From NCBI GenBank assembly GCA_965223265.1, contig OZ244999.1, positions 6,144,001 to 6,208,000 of the forward strand: a stretch of 64,000 bases of DNA, written 5' to 3'. This DNA is from Planctomycetota bacterium. Its GTDB lineage: Bacteria; Planctomycetota; UBA8108; SXIK01. Under the pieces are notes generated by a model. That model was not told the DNA's origin, made no database searches, and worked only from the letters and a program-made list of their open reading frames with translations. Both the position numbers and the translations under genes were made by a program. Shown piece by piece: positions 9,223 to 19,115 of the stretch. Each line of letters opens with the position of its first letter. Positions within the stretch are counted from its first letter, which is position 1.

Positions 9223-11289
9223 CTATTCACAGTCCAGAAGCTCATCATCCGTCGGATCCAATCCGGGACTCGGATACGGAACAGCCGGGGCGTTGCCGCC
9301 AATGAACAGAAAGTTGAGAAGTGAAATCGCCGAACTGATGTCGACCGTCCCGACATCGTTGACGTCTGCTGCGTCGAAGCAGACGGGCTCATCCGAGTTG
9401 GCGATAAACAGAAAATTCAAAATCGCGATTGGGTCTGACAAATCAATCGTTGAATTGTGATCGAAATCGCCACGGATAAAAAAGCTCAGTCTTTCCTGTT
9501 CAGCGGTTGCGATCCGAACTTCTGACGCCTCGAGAACCGGGCGCACAGAGATTCCGTCAATCGCAAACGTGCTGAGAATCCTGCTACCAGTATCGTCGAC
9601 GAGTAACTCCACAGATGTCGAGCTGCCGCGCGGCGCCGACGCGTCCACGTCGAAGACAAGATGCGTCAATCGACGATCAAGACCGGGCGCCAAGACTCGC
9701 CCGTCAATAGGTGTCAGAATATCGAAGACGCAGCCGATCTCGATCAAGTCTCCGTTATTTGACGATTCGTAGAACTCGGGATTGAGAAACTCCACCGACG
9801 TGCGAGCCAGATCCGAACGCTTGAACGACAAGATCGCAGGGTCAAAATGTGCAAGGATCTGAAATCCCTCGAGCGGCTCGGCGAAATCGCCCTGCACTGG
9901 AAACCAGACGCCGTCCTGCCCGGCGCGCACCAACTGATCCGGTATCCGCATTCTGAAAAGTGGCGGAGCCACAGTGACGAGCCCGGAGGAAGAGACACTG
10001 TGTGACCACCCGCCTGGGGCATAAACCGTGAGCTCGACAGTGAAAGTACCGCCAACATTGAACGTGTGGAGAGGACTCGCGAGGGACGATCCAGATCCGT
10101 CGCCAAAATCCCACTTCCAGCGTGCGATCGTTCCCGTCGACACACTCGTAAAACGAACGTCGAATGGCGCGGTGCCTTCTGTCGGCCCAGAGAAGAACGA
10201 AGCTTGGGGAGGACACACGTCAGAGGCGTAAATCACATCCGAGCCACGCACAAAAATCCCATGCGCATTACCGAAACTATCGAGCGCGAAACGCGGATGC
10301 TCCTCAACCTCAGGCGTGTTCGTCACCGGTTCCGGATCACCAAGGCTCGCCGCTGGGCCGCGCACCAGTTGAATGTCTCCGCCTGTGACGAACGCGATCA
10401 GCGTTTCACCGCCCGCTGCCACGTCGAGACTGGGTGCTGTCGCCTCACTCGCTACCGGCCGCGGCGCACCGAACTGACTATTTCCAGCCCCGCGTTCGAC
10501 GACATATATGGTTTCCCCACTCTCGAAGACGCCGACCAAATCGCCGGAGAACGTCCCCTCAAGACTCAGGGACCCTGGAGTCACACCGCTGACCCCATTG
10601 ATCGTCGTCGGCGTCGTGAAGGAGCCTCCGCTTCGCGAAGACTGCAAGAGTGAGCCGGATCGCAAACACAAGATGTGAGGAACGTCGTTCGCGTCGACCG
10701 CGAGCGCGGGCGACACCGCATTCGCGACCGCTTCCATCGGTCTGCTCAATCCCGGATTCCAGTACATCACATGAGGCTGGCCGGAGATCTGTTCGACCCA
10801 CGCGACGTGTGGCACGCCAAGAGAATCGATCACAAGCGGGGCGTGCCCACTCAGGGCAACAAAGGATAACGTGTCGGCCTGCGAAAACTGGCCGCCGCCG
10901 TTACTCGACAGAAGGACCCTTTGACCTCCCGTACCCGACTCCGTGTAGACCAGGTAGGTCGCTCCGAGTGCCGTACTCGCAAACGACGGGTGGCTCTGGT
11001 CGGACGACGGACTGATGGGAACGTCGACCTCGAACGTCGGTCCCAAGATTCTTGCGGCCAACTGGCCGTCACCGACCCAACCGACGTAGGCATTGTCGGC
11101 AACGTCGAATGAGAAAGCCGTGTCTCCGATCGTGTTCCCTTGCTGCAGGGCGAACGGCCGCTCGCGCCAAGCGCACTGCGCCGACAAAGGTCGCTCGGCG
11201 AAGACGCTCCCAATCAGCAACGTTAGGAACGTGGCACCGAAGACAAAGCGCCCACGAGCCAGCCCTTCGAAAGAGCGAGCACTCATCAT
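9223..11289 (-). CDS. Tandem paralog: secreted beta-repeat + PKD + cohesin-like + dockerin-like protein
   Basis: Same architecture: WKWDFGDG PKD, FIRGDFDHN...DAADVNDVG.VDIS dockerin-like tail. Confidence 0.8.
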   Translation of the reverse strand: MMSARSFEGLARGRFVFGATFLTLLIGSVFAERPLSAQCAWRERPFALQQGNTIGDTAFSFDVADNAYVGWVGDGQLAARILGPTFEVDVPISPSSDQSHPSFASTALGATYLVYTESGTGGQRVLLSSNGGGQFSQADTLSFVALSGHAPLVIDSLGVPHVAWVEQISGQPHVMYWNPGLSRPMEAVANAVSPALAVDANDVPHILCLRSGSLLQSSRSGGSFTTPTTINGVSGVTPGSLSLEGTFSGDLVGVFESGETIYVVERGAGNSQFGAPRPVASEATAPSLDVAAGGETLIAFVTGGDIQLVRGPAASLGDPEPVTNTPEVEEHPRFALDSFGNAHGIFVRGSDVIYASDVCPPQASFFSGPTEGTAPFDVRFTSVSTGTIARWKWDFGDGSGSSLASPLHTFNVGGTFTVELTVYAPGGWSHSVSSSGLVTVAPPLFRMRIPDQLVRAGQDGVWFPVQGDFAEPLEGFQILAHFDPAILSFKRSDLARTSVEFLNPEFYESSNNGDLIEIGCVFDILTPIDGRVLAPGLDRRLTHLVFDVDASAPRGSSTSVELLVDDTGSRILSTFAIDGISVRPVLEASEVRIATAEQERLSFFIRGDFDHNSTIDLSDPIAILNFLFIANSDEPVCFDAADVNDVGTVDISSAISLLNFLFIGGNAPAVPYPSPGLDPTDDELLDCE

Positions 11290-11678
11290 TCTCCTCGCGT
11301 GTTGGTACGGTCGCTGACGGGACGCTGATTCGTGGCTCGAACCCCAATGCCACATCGACAGCGCTGTTCACACCGAACACGAGTCGAATCGGGCAGCACC
11401 GGTCTCAAGAACAGAGACTCAACGGCGCGAATTTGGACCCTGCGCCGGCATCGCCACAAACGAGAACCACTCGCCGCGATCCGACCTTTACCCTACCTTC
11501 GCCTCATCTCGGTGACTTGGTAGAAGATAGATTCTACGGTGCGGCGACAGCTGGTGGAACGAAAAACTCGCCCCCGATCCGTGACTTGGACGAGCGCGCA
11601 GCTTGAGCTGACACTGTCTACAGCCGCAAGCACCCCCACCCTAACGGGTTGGGTAAGTCTTCGTTAACGCCTTGCCCC

Positions 11679-12377
11679 TCAATCGAAAATCTCTAGCGAC
11701 TCGATGAAATCGGTGCGAGGCGGCGGCTTACCGCCCGAGAGAACGGCCCGCGGTGTGTCGTAGATGTCGTAGAACCAAGAGCTGAATAAATAGGTGACAC
11801 CGATTCCTGCCGCGATCCCCCCGGCGCCATAGAGAGTGTAGGCGACCGGGTCAGTGAAATCTGCCCCAAGGACGTCACTGTCGTCTTTGTCGAGAAAATA
11901 GCCTCCAACGATGGCACCGCCGCCCACTGCAGTGAGGACGTAGCCGAACTGACCGAGACGGCTGAGGCGACGCGCGGTCGTCTTGTCGCCCGCATACCAG
12001 TGCCCGATCCCGTGCACGAAGATGCCGGGAAAGATGGCCAGGGCGACGCCGCCCGCGGCCGACCACTTCGATGGCTTCTTCGCCTCGAACTCTTCAGGAT
12101 CGTCGTCTTCGCCGTAACGATAGATGTCGCGCTCTGTCTGCTCAGACGCGCGAAGCGCCAGACTGAGACGTGCACTTTGGATCGCCGACATGTCAATCGA
12201 CCGCGGCTGCAGCGCACAGCCGATCGATGCAAGCGCGAAAACTACAGGAGCGCCCCATCGAAATGCAGCATGTGGCAGCCGACGACGCGCAACTCCCTGC
12301 GGACGGCAGCACGCGTTGAGGGAGCCGGAAAACTGCCTGCCGAATGAGTGTCGAAGGGAGTGCCGAAACGACCGCAT
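11679..12377 (-). CDS. Hypothetical lipoprotein/membrane protein
   Basis: Lipobox-like LASIGC; hydrophobic helices including LAIFPGIFVHGIGHWYAG (TM2-like). Confidence 0.6.
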   Translation of the reverse strand: MRSFRHSLRHSFGRQFSGSLNACCRPQGVARRRLPHAAFRWGAPVVFALASIGCALQPRSIDMSAIQSARLSLALRASEQTERDIYRYGEDDDPEEFEAKKPSKWSAAGGVALAIFPGIFVHGIGHWYAGDKTTARRLSRLGQFGYVLTAVGGGAIVGGYFLDKDDSDVLGADFTDPVAYTLYGAGGIAAGIGVTYLFSSWFYDIYDTPRAVLSGGKPPPRTDFIESLEIFD

Positions 12378-12589
12378 GGATCACCTTCTGTGCCGAGGGG
12401 GAAGTTCAACTCCAGAGAACTCTTGTGAGTTATATCGGCACTTTTCGCGAACTCCTCGACCCCGACGCACGATTTTCTCAAGATCCATGCTCCGACGATC
12501 GCCGTCAGTTCGCGGTGGCCTGAGCGCAAAGCTTCAACCCTCTCGGCTTCGCAGGAGCATCCTGCAGCAGGCGGACGCCGCGGAGACAC

Positions 12590-12648
12590 AAAAAAAAACG
12601 CCACCCCTCTGCCAGCGGGCTCGCGAGTGCGCCGGCGAAGGGGTGGCG
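12590..12648 (-). terminator. Intrinsic terminator
   Basis: CGCCACCCCT...AGGGGTGGCG stem followed by T9 on the minus strand. Confidence 0.65.
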
Positions 12649-12672
12649 AACGATCCGACATGATCTCGGCTT

Positions 12673-12806
12673 AGCCTGAAAAAGTCATTCGGCCGAAGAA
12701 ACTGGCCTCTTCACGCCCAGCTCGACCGCGTCAATACTCGTTTGCCGCAGCCGATCTGGACGCGAAGAGACCAGTTTTCGGCTCGAAGCACTTTTTCAAC
12801 AGGCTG
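12673..12806 (-). repeat. MITE-like palindromic repeat, copy 1 (internal deletion)
   Basis: Near-identical to 35944-36102 and 52473-52632; ends in CTTTTTCAACAGGCTG. Confidence 0.85.
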
Positions 12807-12807
12807 G

Positions 12808-13770
12808 TTAGGGCAAGAACTCGAGCGTAGCGAAGGCCTCGTCAACCGCTGCCATGGTCGCGTCCAGATCGTCCTCCTCGCCTGGAGCGAAGACCGAAAA
12901 GAGCCAGACGCGGTCCTGGTCGACACAGATCGTCTGTTTGACCAAGACGGAGTCGCCGCCGCGCGTGCCGCGGCTGACGATTTCATAGCCGGTCCGGCCG
13001 GCAATCTCGGCCGATCCTTCGCTGAGCACCTCGAGACTCTCGAAACTATCCTTTTGCTCTTCGCGAAGCAGGTCGACGTACTGCTCCGGGCTGAGCGGCC
13101 CCTTCTCAAGCGACACAACGCTGAAGCTCGACGCGCCGCCTTCGTCGGCAGAACCGCGAAAAGCCAAGATCTGAGAATTGCTTTGGTCCACCCAATCGCT
13201 CGGCGGCCGAACGCGCACACCAAGATCGGAGCGCTCGATCGCCTCCTCAGCAAGTGCAGGACGGCTATCGACACGGACGACCGGCGTCTGCGTGACGTCG
13301 CCTGCGTCCCGACCCGTGTTCATCAATCCCCCGCCATCAACATCGCCGTCCGCGCCGTCTGCGAGACCCGCGGCTTGAGCGAGATAGTCCAAGCGACCGC
13401 CAGACTCTCGGGACATCTTCGAGATCAGCAGGTCAAGGCTGGCCGGCAACTCTTCTGCGTCTGCCGTCTCCGACAGCAACGAAATCTGCCCCGAGCCGTC
13501 GTCGTCGCTCGCGGCGGCTTGACGCGCCTCCTCAAGAAGAGTGAGTCGCTCTTCTTCGCCGACCTCGAAGTTGACCGAGTCAACGAAACGGTGGGCGATC
13601 GTCATCTTGCCGTGAGGCCAGCCGAGGATCAGCCCGTCGTCGTTGCGGTCGACGATCCGACCTTCGATGATGTATCCGTTCTTCATGAAGATACTACCGG
13701 CGTCGCCGGTATCGCTCACGAAGACAAGTGCGCTAGTCAAAAGCGCGACGGCGATAGTCTTGCCGTTCAT
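12808..13770 (-). CDS. Secreted protein, N-terminal small beta domain and C-terminal PsbP/DcrB-like domain
   Basis: Signal peptide; IFMKNG..IEGRIV motif; GVRVRPPSDW...FATLEF C-terminal pattern. Confidence 0.6.
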   Translation of the reverse strand: MNGKTIAVALLTSALVFVSDTGDAGSIFMKNGYIIEGRIVDRNDDGLILGWPHGKMTIAHRFVDSVNFEVGEEERLTLLEEARQAAASDDDGSGQISLLSETADAEELPASLDLLISKMSRESGGRLDYLAQAAGLADGADGDVDGGGLMNTGRDAGDVTQTPVVRVDSRPALAEEAIERSDLGVRVRPPSDWVDQSNSQILAFRGSADEGGASSFSVVSLEKGPLSPEQYVDLLREEQKDSFESLEVLSEGSAEIAGRTGYEIVSRGTRGGDSVLVKQTICVDQDRVWLFSVFAPGEEDDLDATMAAVDEAFATLEFLP

Positions 13771-14645
13771 TTGTTCACCTCACCGGCAAAAGCTGTTTTG
13801 ATCGCGAGACTGAATTTGGCCCGAAAGGCCTCTTCGGAAGCCGCTGCGAGAGCGTCGGCGTCCACGGCAGGCGTCTTCTCGGATCCTGTTTGTTTGGGGG
13901 GAGTTTTCGCCGGAATCACGCGCGCGGGCTTCTCAGTGCGACTGCTGGCCACGGCGATGCGGTTGAACGGGTCAAGTCCCAGTTTGTCGGGAAAGAAGTA
14001 GAGCCCCGCGGCCGCAATCGCCGCCAACGCCGCCATGGAAACAAGCGCCTTCCAGGCACCGCCGCCGCCGCGACGAGCGGGTTTCTTTCGCGAGCTCTGC
14101 TCAGGCTCGTCAGCAAGCTCAGACTCCAGATCGTCGTGGAAGTAATCTTCGTCAAACGGCGCGTCTTCGTCGTCATCCAACATCAGGTCGTCAGCAACCT
14201 GTGTCGCGAGCCCGTCCAGGTCGCCGACAGGATCCGTCGGCTCCTCAGCGATCAGACACTCTTCGGTGGCATCAAGGAGGTCCGTTTCAGTTGGATTGGA
14301 CGCCCGCAGTCCGACCTGCGTCGCCGTCGGGCTCGGAGCCATCTGCTCGGTGACGTCGATCGCCTCGGTTTCCACCATCGGAATGGCCCCTTCTTCGTCC
14401 GGGAGGAGGACGAAGACGTCGTCAGAACCCACTTGGGTCGGGACCGTCTCAGTGACGTCGATCGCATCGTCCACCGTCTCGGTGGCGTCGAGCTGATCGG
14501 TGAGCGCCTCCGTCATGCCCTCGGTGAGGCCTTCGGTGGGGCCGTCAGCGGCAGCCATCTCCTCGGGGAGGAGAACGGTCAGATCGCCCTCGGCGTCGAA
14601 CGCCTCGGCTTCTTCATTGGGTTGATCGGGCTTCTTATCGGTCAT
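13767..14645 (-). CDS. Acidic low-complexity single-pass membrane protein
   Basis: About 180 aa D/E/T-rich N-terminus, basic patch, one TM helix; overlaps the next gene by 4 nt. Confidence 0.7.
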   Translation of the reverse strand: MTDKKPDQPNEEAEAFDAEGDLTVLLPEEMAAADGPTEGLTEGMTEALTDQLDATETVDDAIDVTETVPTQVGSDDVFVLLPDEEGAIPMVETEAIDVTEQMAPSPTATQVGLRASNPTETDLLDATEECLIAEEPTDPVGDLDGLATQVADDLMLDDDEDAPFDEDYFHDDLESELADEPEQSSRKKPARRGGGGAWKALVSMAALAAIAAAGLYFFPDKLGLDPFNRIAVASSRTEKPARVIPAKTPPKQTGSEKTPAVDADALAAASEEAFRAKFSLAIKTAFAGEVNK

Positions 14646-14862
14646 AGGAAACGCTCTCCGCGGCCAGACTCTCTACTGCAAACTATTTATTAGCAATGAT
14701 TTAAAGCATCTCGGCAGGCCATCGGCCTAAGAAGAATACTTTGGCCAGAGAATGTTGTCAAACCGGGCGAAGCCTCATAATGACCTCGGAACAACGCAAC
14801 AACTCTTTGCCGCGACACGTCTTACTGGTAGAGATTGGGTGAACCGCAAACTCCAAGAGCCG

Positions 14863-15486
14863 ATGGATTCGAAGGCGCAGGGCTCGACCCCCAGGCAGAG
14901 CTACGAGGACGACTCCCGGTCGATCGAAGTCATTCGCCGAGCCGGGCAAAGTCGCGAGGCGGAGGAGGCGTATCGTCACCTGGTCGAAAAATACTGGGAG
15001 ACGGTCATGCTTCTTGCAGCCAGTAAGATACGAGACGTCAGAGAAGCGGAAGATGTCGCGCAAGAGTCGTTTGCACGGGCCTTTCGGTCCCTCGACCGCT
15101 TGCAGGAACCGTCAGCGTTCCTCGGCTGGCTGCTTCGCATCACCCGAAACATCGCTACTGATCATTTGCGGACGCGAAGATCAGAGCTACCGCTCAGCGG
15201 TCTCAATCCAGCAACGATCGAGAGCGGTCGCAAACGCGCCACCGAAAGCGAAGATACCGACCACCGGGAGAGGAGCGAACGAGCCGAAGAAGTTGAAGCC
15301 GTTCTTCAAGCTCTTCAAGAGTTACCGGACGCTTATCGCGAAGTGATCACGCTGAAGTACCTGCACCAGATGGATGGAAGAACGATGGCTCGGAAACTAG
15401 GTGAACCTGAGGGCACAATTCGCAACCGACTCTTTCGAGCTTTGCGCAAACTGCGGCAAACCCTCGAACCGAGGACAATGTCATGA
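14863..15486 (+). CDS. ECF (sigma-70 group 4) sigma factor
   Basis: AEDVAQESF, FLGWLLRITRN..TDHLR (region 2), GTIRNRLFRA (region 4). Confidence 0.9.
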   Translation: MDSKAQGSTPRQSYEDDSRSIEVIRRAGQSREAEEAYRHLVEKYWETVMLLAASKIRDVREAEDVAQESFARAFRSLDRLQEPSAFLGWLLRITRNIATDHLRTRRSELPLSGLNPATIESGRKRATESEDTDHRERSERAEEVEAVLQALQELPDAYREVITLKYLHQMDGRTMARKLGEPEGTIRNRLFRALRKLRQTLEPRTMS

Positions 15487-15980
15487 CGGGGCCGAGCCCA
15501 CGAAATCCTGACGTTTGCATCCACACTCAAGAAGCCCTGAATCAGATGTGGCTCGACGGCAATCTACCGGCACCGCAAACGGTCTCAGCTGGCGGGGACC
15601 CGCTTGCGGCCTGGCTGCAGTCGCTGCCGACTCCGGCGCTTACCGATCGCGAAGCGGACGACCGGCACGGTAAAGAGACGCAGAACTCGCTGATCGAGCA
15701 CTGGAAGTCTTGCGCGGTTTGCCGGCAAGAAGTGACCGAAATGCTTCAACTCGACCAGACACTCCACGCGGGAGTGGTGGGGATTCGTGACACGCTAGAG
15801 CCTCGAAGTGCCGAGGGCATCGATGCGACTCTGCGCCGTATCCGCGGTACGCCGCAGGCAGAGTTTCTTCGCCACTCGAATCGAGCGCTACGACTGATCC
15901 TATGGGTTGCGCTGATCTCGCTCGGATTCATCGCTAGCGCCGGGCTTGCCGTGGCATTGTTCCATGCGCTCGCCGGCTAG
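15483..15980 (+). CDS. Putative zinc-binding membrane anti-sigma factor
   Basis: ATGA overlap with the sigma gene; HWKSCAVC (HxxxCxxC) and C-terminal TM helix. Confidence 0.65.
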   Translation: MTGPSPRNPDVCIHTQEALNQMWLDGNLPAPQTVSAGGDPLAAWLQSLPTPALTDREADDRHGKETQNSLIEHWKSCAVCRQEVTEMLQLDQTLHAGVVGIRDTLEPRSAEGIDATLRRIRGTPQAEFLRHSNRALRLILWVALISLGFIASAGLAVALFHALAG

Positions 15981-16021
15981 ATGGTCTCGATCTCGATGGT
16001 CTCGCCGTCGCACCTGACAGC

Positions 16022-17122
16022 TCAGCGCTGCATGCGGCGCAGGAGTGCCATCTCGACGTCGATCTCCTCGCGCGTGAGGATTTTCTTCTTCACGAGCAGA
16101 CTGCAAGCGGCTTCCCACTGCAGCGCGAGCTGCGAGTCGACGGCTGCAGCCTGAGCGCTCGGGACAATTTCTTCGAGCAGGCGGCGATCCGTATCCTGCG
16201 TGGAGGAATCCTCGGCGACGCCAGAATCGGCCCGAGGAGGCACCGCCTCCGAAGGGGCAGGTGGCGGCGAGACGAGTGGAATCGCGACGGAGCCCTCGCG
16301 CTTGGCAACGACCGATGTGACAGCCGGTCCAACATCAACGGACTCGGCGTCGCTTACCGATGCTGGCGCCTCCGCGGTCTCGGCAGGCTTTTCGTCTACC
16401 GTCGGGGCCGCTTCGGGAACTGGAGTGGAGGCGGGAGCGGTGGCTTCGGCCTCGTCGTCGTCACCCAGATCCAGCGTCACCTCGTGCTCACTCGTCATCC
16501 GAGGTTTGGGTTCAGCCTGCGGTTCCGTTTCCTGAGCAGCGAGCTCCAGAAGGGAATCGGGAACATCCTTTCGAGCGCGACGAATGTACTCAACAAGCCA
16601 ACGCGCGGCGCGCGGTGCGTCCAAGCTGAGCGAGTAAATCTCGACCCCCAGAATCGACTGCACCTTCGTGATTACAGCTTCGGGAGTCTCGCGCCCGTGC
16701 CCAAGAATCAGCCGGCGTGAATCGTGTTCGCGGCAAGGAAAGAACACGACCATGAGGTATTTGTGTACGAACTCGGAAGGAACCTTGTCGAGGACGCGAT
16801 GGTGGATCTTCAGCGCACTCGCGTCAAGGCTGTCGAGCGTCAGAGCCGCAACGCCGCGGCGTTCGACATTCGGAATGACCTCGCTTCCTTCGGCCACCGT
16901 TTTCTGTATCTGCTCGACCTCGTACGCGCGCAGCATTCCCAGCTTCAGGAAGATGTCGGTGATCGATCCGCCGACAGACCTCTGGTAATCGTAGGCCGCT
17001 TTGATCTGCGCCTCTGTCAGCACACCGTTCTTAATGATGAGCTGTACAAGTTGAACGTCGTCTGCAGTTAGATCCTGTGTTCCTGCCATACCGCCGGGCT
17101 CCGAGACACACTCCTGATTCAA
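16022..17122 (-). CDS. GspE/MshE N-terminal-like domain protein with acidic linker
   Basis: LIIKNGVLTEAQIKAA..YQ, FLKLGML, LDKVPSEFVHKY.VV motifs; no ATPase domain. Confidence 0.6.
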   Translation of the reverse strand: MNQECVSEPGGMAGTQDLTADDVQLVQLIIKNGVLTEAQIKAAYDYQRSVGGSITDIFLKLGMLRAYEVEQIQKTVAEGSEVIPNVERRGVAALTLDSLDASALKIHHRVLDKVPSEFVHKYLMVVFFPCREHDSRRLILGHGRETPEAVITKVQSILGVEIYSLSLDAPRAARWLVEYIRRARKDVPDSLLELAAQETEPQAEPKPRMTSEHEVTLDLGDDDEAEATAPASTPVPEAAPTVDEKPAETAEAPASVSDAESVDVGPAVTSVVAKREGSVAIPLVSPPPAPSEAVPPRADSGVAEDSSTQDTDRRLLEEIVPSAQAAAVDSQLALQWEAACSLLVKKKILTREEIDVEMALLRRMQR

Positions 17123-17685
17123 ATGATGGCGTCGACAGCGACTGTGTCGAGGTAGTTCGGTTCGCTAAGTTGAGATTCGCACTTCGTGCACTGGTACGTG
17201 CGTTCGGCCTCGAAATCTGCGACGTTGAAGTGGCAGTCGCAAACTGGGCAGACGAGGATTCGTTTACCCTGCTCAGAGAGCACTTCGAGAACCTGTTGCA
17301 CTGTCATCAGTTTCTTCGAAACCAGGATTTCGCCGAGCCGAAACCGAAGATTGACTCGCTGCAACCGTTCTTGCTCCAGCAAGGCGTCCTCCAGAGCATC
17401 GGGCGTGATGAAACCTGCAGCAATGGCCACTTGCCCAAATCCTTTGTCGCCCGCACGCGCTTCTTTGGCGCTGCGCAGGTACTTCCGAATCTTCTTGCGG
17501 CGGACGCTCAAAATCGTGTCAAGTTGCTCCTGGGTCAGATACCCACGCTGGAGCAAGAGATCGCCAAGCGGCAACCCAGATTCACCGGCTCGCTGCTCGT
17601 TCAGACACTCACCAAGTTGCTCCTTGGTCACGTAGTTGTTGAATAGAGCGATTCGCGAGAACAGGTTTTCGTCGAACTTTGACAT
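17119..17685 (-). CDS. MshEN-repeat protein with C-terminal zinc ribbon
   Basis: LGDLLLQRGYLT, FGQVAIAAGFIT, RLGEILVSKKLMT; CPVC...CTKC. Confidence 0.7.
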   Translation of the reverse strand: MSKFDENLFSRIALFNNYVTKEQLGECLNEQRAGESGLPLGDLLLQRGYLTQEQLDTILSVRRKKIRKYLRSAKEARAGDKGFGQVAIAAGFITPDALEDALLEQERLQRVNLRFRLGEILVSKKLMTVQQVLEVLSEQGKRILVCPVCDCHFNVADFEAERTYQCTKCESQLSEPNYLDTVAVDAII

Positions 17686-17834
17686 GATTCGGGCTCTGCG
17701 CTCGATTTCTGTTGTCGGCGCGACCAACCCAGAATGCCTGGGCGATTGTCGACGGTCTGAGTGCCGTGACCTCCCACACCGACAATTGAAAGTACGATGC
17801 ACGTCCGCGCGGCGGCAAATCGACGCGTCGTCGA

Positions 17835-18953
17835 TTATCGGCTCCCCAGCAGCTGGCCGATCACCGTGTCAGCGACGCACATCCCGCTCATCGTCAGGCG
17901 AACCCGTTCACCGTCGTCAGTCACAAATCCCATATCGACCAGCCGCTGAAGCGCACCACCGGAAAACGCCTCGAGGTCGACCTCCGCACGACCCACAAAT
18001 TCGGCGTGTGAGAGTCCGTTCACTGTCCGTAATCGGAGCATGATCATCTCGCGCACAAGCTTATCGGTCGTCAATTCCTCCTCGTCGCACGGGACGCCCG
18101 AGCCACCGCGGAGCGACTCGATGTAGGCGGCAAGGTCGGGGAGGTTACGGATTCGACGTCCTCGGTACGTCGAACATGCGGCGGGACCGACACCAATGTA
18201 GTCCTTCTGCAGCCAATACGACTCGTTGTGAATAGAGCGGCGCCCCTCGCGAGCGAAACTCGACACTTCATACTGCTCGAAGTCGTTGGCGCGAAGAAAC
18301 TCGACGCACGAAAGAAACATCGTACGCTCGACTTCCTCGTCGATCCGCGATAGCTGCCCCGTGTTGACGGCATTCGTCAAGGGAGTTCCAGACTCGTAGA
18401 TGAGCGAGTAGATCGACAGGTGATCTGGACGGAGGGTTGTTGCTCGCTCGAGATCGCGCTTCCAGGCGCTCAGAGTTTGTCCCGGATGCGCGAAAATAAG
18501 ATCGAAGCTCACGTTGCTAACACGTTCACGAATGAGCTGGAAGGCCGTGGGAATGTCGCGGGCCCGATGGCGACGCCCCATCAGTTCCAACGCACGATCA
18601 TCAAACGATTGAGCCCCAAAGCTGACGCGCTGGACGCCGGCGGCCGCCAGGGCGTCGATCTTTTCTGCGGTCGCTGACTTCGGGTTCACCTCGAAGGTGT
18701 ACTCGACGGCCCGAGAAGAGAATCGCGCGAGCAGTCCGAGAAGTCTCGACAGCTGTCCTGCTGACAAAGCCGAGGGTGTGCCCCCACCCACATAGACGGT
18801 GTCGGCAACAAAGTCTACCGGTAACTCAGAGAGCTCGATCTCGAGCGCGTCGAGAAACGCCCATGCAACTTCCGATCGATACGATCGCCGATAAAAATCG
18901 CAGTACGTGCACTCGGAGTGGCAAAAGGGGATATGGACGTAGAGTCCTGCCAT
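17835..18953 (-). CDS. hemW: Radical SAM heme chaperone HemW
   Basis: LYVHIPFC...CTYCDF, GGGTPS, YEVSSF, HNESYW (HNxxYW is HemW-typical). Confidence 0.9.
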   Translation of the reverse strand: MAGLYVHIPFCHSECTYCDFYRRSYRSEVAWAFLDALEIELSELPVDFVADTVYVGGGTPSALSAGQLSRLLGLLARFSSRAVEYTFEVNPKSATAEKIDALAAAGVQRVSFGAQSFDDRALELMGRRHRARDIPTAFQLIRERVSNVSFDLIFAHPGQTLSAWKRDLERATTLRPDHLSIYSLIYESGTPLTNAVNTGQLSRIDEEVERTMFLSCVEFLRANDFEQYEVSSFAREGRRSIHNESYWLQKDYIGVGPAACSTYRGRRIRNLPDLAAYIESLRGGSGVPCDEEELTTDKLVREMIMLRLRTVNGLSHAEFVGRAEVDLEAFSGGALQRLVDMGFVTDDGERVRLTMSGMCVADTVIGQLLGSR

Positions 18954-19115
18954 GAACCAAAACACCGAAGATCGCCCGAGTTCGCGTCGATACTCGAAGG
19001 AGTCGGAAGAAAAAGCGAGACGAGTGTAACCGCACGTGGCGCAGCGTTCCAATAGCGTCTTCACTCGACCGCAAGGAAGCACATCGCTGGCGCCAGCTCA
19101 TGAGTGAGTTTCCCC

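Noticed and set aside
12742-14001. Long antisense ORFs here and at 25423-26685, 38013-39308 and 49017-50132
   Set aside because: Shadow frames of well-supported opposite-strand genes, expected in high-GC DNA
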